The notes beneath the pieces are model-generated. The model was not told the origin of the DNA. It saw only the letters and a program-made list of their open reading frames with translations, and did not search any database. The translations under genes and the position numbers were made by a program. This document shows, in pieces, positions 60,811-64,000 of a stretch of 64,000 bases of DNA. The first letter of the stretch is position 1. Each line of letters starts with the position of its first letter. The stretch is from Squalus acanthias (taxonomy: Eukaryota), in assembly GCA_030390025.1 (NCBI GenBank), contig CM059433.1:5146001-5210000 (forward strand), in the 5' to 3' direction.

Positions 60811-61283
60811 AAAGAAAGAAAGACTTGCATTTCTATAGCGCCTTTCACGACCACTGAACATCTCAAAGCGCTTTACAGCCAATGAAGTATTTTTCAAGTG
60901 GAGTCACTGTTGTAATGTGGGAAACATGGCAGCCAATTTGTGCACAGCAAGCTCCCACAAACAGCAATGTGATAATGACCAGATCATCTGTTTTAGTGAT
61001 GTTGGTTGAGGGATAAATATTGGCCGCTGGACACCAGGGAGAACTCCCCTGCTCTTCTTCAAAATAGTGCCCATGGGATCTTTTACCTCCAGCTGAGAGA
61101 GCAGACGGGGCCTCGGTTTAACATCTCATCCAAAAGACGGCACCTCCGACAGTGCAGCACTCCCTCAGCACTGCACTGGAGTGTCAGCCTAGCTTTCTGT
61201 GCTCAAGTCCCTGGAGTGGGGACTGTGAACCCACAACCTTCTGACTCAGAGGCGAGTGTGCTGCCCACTGAGCCACAGCTGAC
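60811..61283 (-). mobile_element. Full-length Deu-type SINE
   Basis: Reverse complement of 22219-22692. Confidence 0.85.
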
Positions 61284-61329
61284 GCTATGATGTTGGGTCA
61301 ACAGACTAGAAAGATACAGCATAACCTGC

Positions 61330-61810
61330 TCACTAGTCATAGTGCCATCCTTGTGCTTGTTGGTGAGAAGTGATGAAATCAGTGGGACAGGAAGTTTCTG
61401 ATACGGACACAAATCTTGTTTTGTTAGTTTCTTCGTTATTAACGAACTTTGACCGAATTGTTCAAGCAAGCATCTGCAGGTTTGCAAACTGCAATGCACC
61501 TCTTTCTTCCCATGAAATTGTGCGTATGCCAGTTCCGTATCCACTTTACAGTCTCCATAACAAAATAGCATAATTTGATTGGACTTGGAAGCTGGAGCAT
61601 TGAGAGTTGAGTCATTAATCTCCCAAGTGCAGATGAGATGACTCTTTGTGAGGCTGCCAACTGAAACAGCAGCGAGATGCCAACACAAGCAGCTGCTTAT
61701 TTTCGTCTCATCCAAAAAATTTCCCTCCGATTCGCCACCTCTCCGGAAGACAGCAACTCGTTCTGGGATACCATGAATGCCCGTTACCCTCTGCTGTCAC
61801 GTCCAAGTGA
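61330..61810 (+). pseudogene. Possible hAT transposase C-terminal relic
   Basis: SFWDTMNARYPLLSR resembles the hAT dimerisation-domain FW...YP.L pattern; heavily disrupted upstream. Confidence 0.35.
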
Positions 61811-61954
61811 CCATTCCTCATAGAAACATAGAAACAAGGAGCAGGAGTAGGCCATTCGGCCCGTCGAGCCTGCTCCACCATTCAATACGATCATGGCTGA
61901 TCATCCAAAAATCCAGTACCCTGTCCCTGCTCCCTCACACAGAATCCCCACAGT

Positions 61955-62290
61955 ACAGATAGAGGCCATCTCAGCCCATCGAGCCTGCACCGACACATAT
62001 CCCACCCTATCCCCGTAACCCCACGTATTTAATTCCCCCTAACATATCCCATCCTATCCCCGTAACCCCACATATTTAATCCCCCCCTAACACTAAGGGT
62101 CAATTTATCATAGCCAAATCAACCTAACCCGCACATTTTTGGACTGTGGGAGGAAACCAGAGCACCCGGAGGAAACCCACGCAGACACGGGGAGAATGTG
62201 CAAACTCCACACAGACAGTCACCCGAGGCCAGATTCGAACCCGGGTCTCTGGCGCTGTGAGGCACCAGTGCTAACCACTATGCCACCGTG
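61955..62290 (-). mobile_element. HE1-like V-SINE (elasmobranch tRNA-derived SINE) with an internal ~48-bp duplication
   Basis: A box TGGCATAGTGGTTAG, B box GGGTTCGAATC, V-domain gtggagtttgcacattctccccgtgtctgcgtgggtttcctccggg, CR1-like tail. Confidence 0.85.
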
Positions 62291-62316
62291 TTGTCATGGT
62301 TCAGCTTCGACAGTTA

Positions 62317-63542
62317 GGCCCTGATTTTAACCCCCTCCCCTCACCCCACCCCCCCCCAACCCCCCGCTCCGATGGGCAGGAGAGGGTTGGGGGTTGGCGG
62401 GGGGGGTGTTAAAATAGAAACATAGAAACATAGAAGATAGGAGCAGGAGTAGGCCATTCGGCCCCTCGAGCCTGCTCCGCCATTCGATGAGATCATGGCT
62501 GATCATCCAAACTCAGTACCCTGTACCTGCTTCTCCCCATATCCCTTGATACCTTTAGCTTTAAGAAATATATCTAACTCATTCTTGAATATATTTAATG
62601 ACTTGGCCTCAACTACCTTCTGTGGTAGAGAATTCCACAGGTTCACCACTCTCTGGGTGAAGAAATTCTTCCTCATTTCTGTCCTAAATGGCTTACCCCT
62701 TATCCTTAGACTGTGACCCCTGGTTCTGGACTCTCCGACCATCAGGAACATCCTTCCTGCATCTAGTCTGTCTAGTCCTGTTAGAATTTTATAAGTTTCA
62801 ATGAGATCCCCTCTCATTCTTCTATACTCCAGCGAGTATAAGCCCAATCGACCCAATCTCTCCTCATATGTCATTCCTGCCATCCCAGGTATCAGCCTTG
62901 TGAATCTTCGCTGAACTCCTTCCATGGCAAGAACATCCTTCCTCAGATATCGGGATCGAGCAAACCGACCGCATTCCCGTCTGTTTAAAGGCCATTGACG
63001 AGGCTCCCATGAAAGGCAGGTGGGGGCCTCATTAACCTTCAGATGCTGCAGCCCGATGACATAAACTTAACGGTAGTTTCGGGGGGGGAGGCCCACGCTT
63101 CGGGCTTCCCGGCAACAGATCCAAGGCAGGAGGCGCCGACTGGCCAAGGTAAGGACTGGAGATCAGCTCCTTTTAGCACTCCTTGTGGGCCAGGAGGAGG
63201 AGCAGGAGTGCCGCCCCCCCCGGGCCTCACAAGGAAAACACTGCCCGCCCCCCCCACCACCCCCCACAGTCCCAGTCCCTCCCCCACTGACTGCTGGGGA
63301 CTCTCTCGGAGTCTCTGGCTGCGGCCTCCTGCTGCTGCTTCCTGCTCCCACCCAGCGACCAGGCAGTCAATCTGGCCGGCTCTCATGCAGGAGTCTGCCC
63401 AAAATAATTCAAACGAGGCCCTGTCGTTAAGATCGATGTCTCCCCCCCCCCCCCCCCCGCCATACTCTCCCCTCGTTCCCGTTAAAATCGGGGGTACCGG
63501 GCTCCCCCGTACCCTCCCCGGCTCTCCGTTAATATCGGGGCC
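62317..63542. mobile_element. Harbinger-type MITE interrupted by a CR1 fragment
   Basis: TIRs ggccctgattttaac / gttaatatcggggcc (13 of 15 match); flanks TTA / TCA. Confidence 0.65.
62414..62948 (-). mobile_element. CR1 LINE 3' fragment
   Basis: ORF 62503-62925; (TTTCTATG)n tail. Confidence 0.9.
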
Positions 63543-63554
63543 TCAGTGTCGGCT

Positions 63555-63806
63555 ATTGCACCGTGTGGGTATCAAAACCAAGTCTGATCTTCTCCTCTGC
63601 AAGGCATCAGACACATGCAATTCCAGCAACGGCCACTAGATAGCAATCACGAGCAGCAATCCGAGCTGCTATTTTCCCTCCCTGGCCTGAAGATATTGGG
63701 GAGGACCAGGTCCGGGGTATTGAAATTGTTAGAGTGCTTTTTATAAGCACTGCCCCGGGTGGAATCAACTAGGTCAGCACAGAGTGCGGCTCAAAGCTGG
63801 GACCTT
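63555..63806 (-). mobile_element. Old SINE relic, LF-SINE-like
   Basis: aggtcccagcttt...ctctgtgctgacctagttgat head on the minus strand; identification is from memory of the consensus. Confidence 0.4.
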
Positions 63807-64000
63807 GCATCTGGCATTCTTGCATCCTAATAACAAGACGCAGGAAACCTCAAGAGGAGGAGTGTATTGAAACAAACATTATGGAGGGAATTTTAACCAC
63901 CCCCCCCCCTCCCCAGTGAAAGGGCCTTTAAAAAGGAGCGTCAGCCTTACTGCCCACTCCTGCTGGACTCCCGTTGGCCATCATTCTCACTGCTCGCTGC

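Noticed and set aside
63039..63639. Proline/glycine-rich ORFs up to 198 aa, and similar ones at 11029-11426 and 59200-59800
   Set aside because: GC-rich MITE interiors with poly-C runs; no domain signal.

Overview
Eukaryotic, repeat-dense vertebrate DNA, most likely from a shark or other cartilaginous fish. This is inferred from HE1-like V-SINE and SacSINE1/Deu-type SINE copies and from abundant CR1 and L2 LINEs. One host gene is recognisable: a C2orf50/CIMIP5 orthologue on the minus strand, with three coding exons (24133-23928, 20764-20725, 11681-11490; about 145 aa, GT-AG introns, phases consistent). Most of the remainder is transposable-element sequence. The most notable element is a young Gypsy (Ty3/mdg4) LTR retrotransposon at 36031-40526, with identical 215-bp LTRs and a 5-bp TSD. 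It has no tRNA primer-binding site. Instead, a 13-nt sequence next to the 5' LTR is perfectly complementary to a segment inside its own LTR that contains the poly(A) signal, suggesting self-priming. Its RT reads YLDN instead of YxDD. It sits in a CR1 that sits in an L2, and a diverged solo LTR of the same lineage lies upstream of CIMIP5. Also present: a complete but decayed two-gene PIF/Harbinger transposon (50902-56144), several Harbinger relics and MITEs, a near-full-length single-ORF APE-RT LINE, an RTE fragment, a SINE flanked by a ~167-bp direct duplication, and an 11-copy 26-bp array inside a CR1 3' UTR. Family names come from recalled motifs, not database searches. Boundaries of decayed repeats are approximate.
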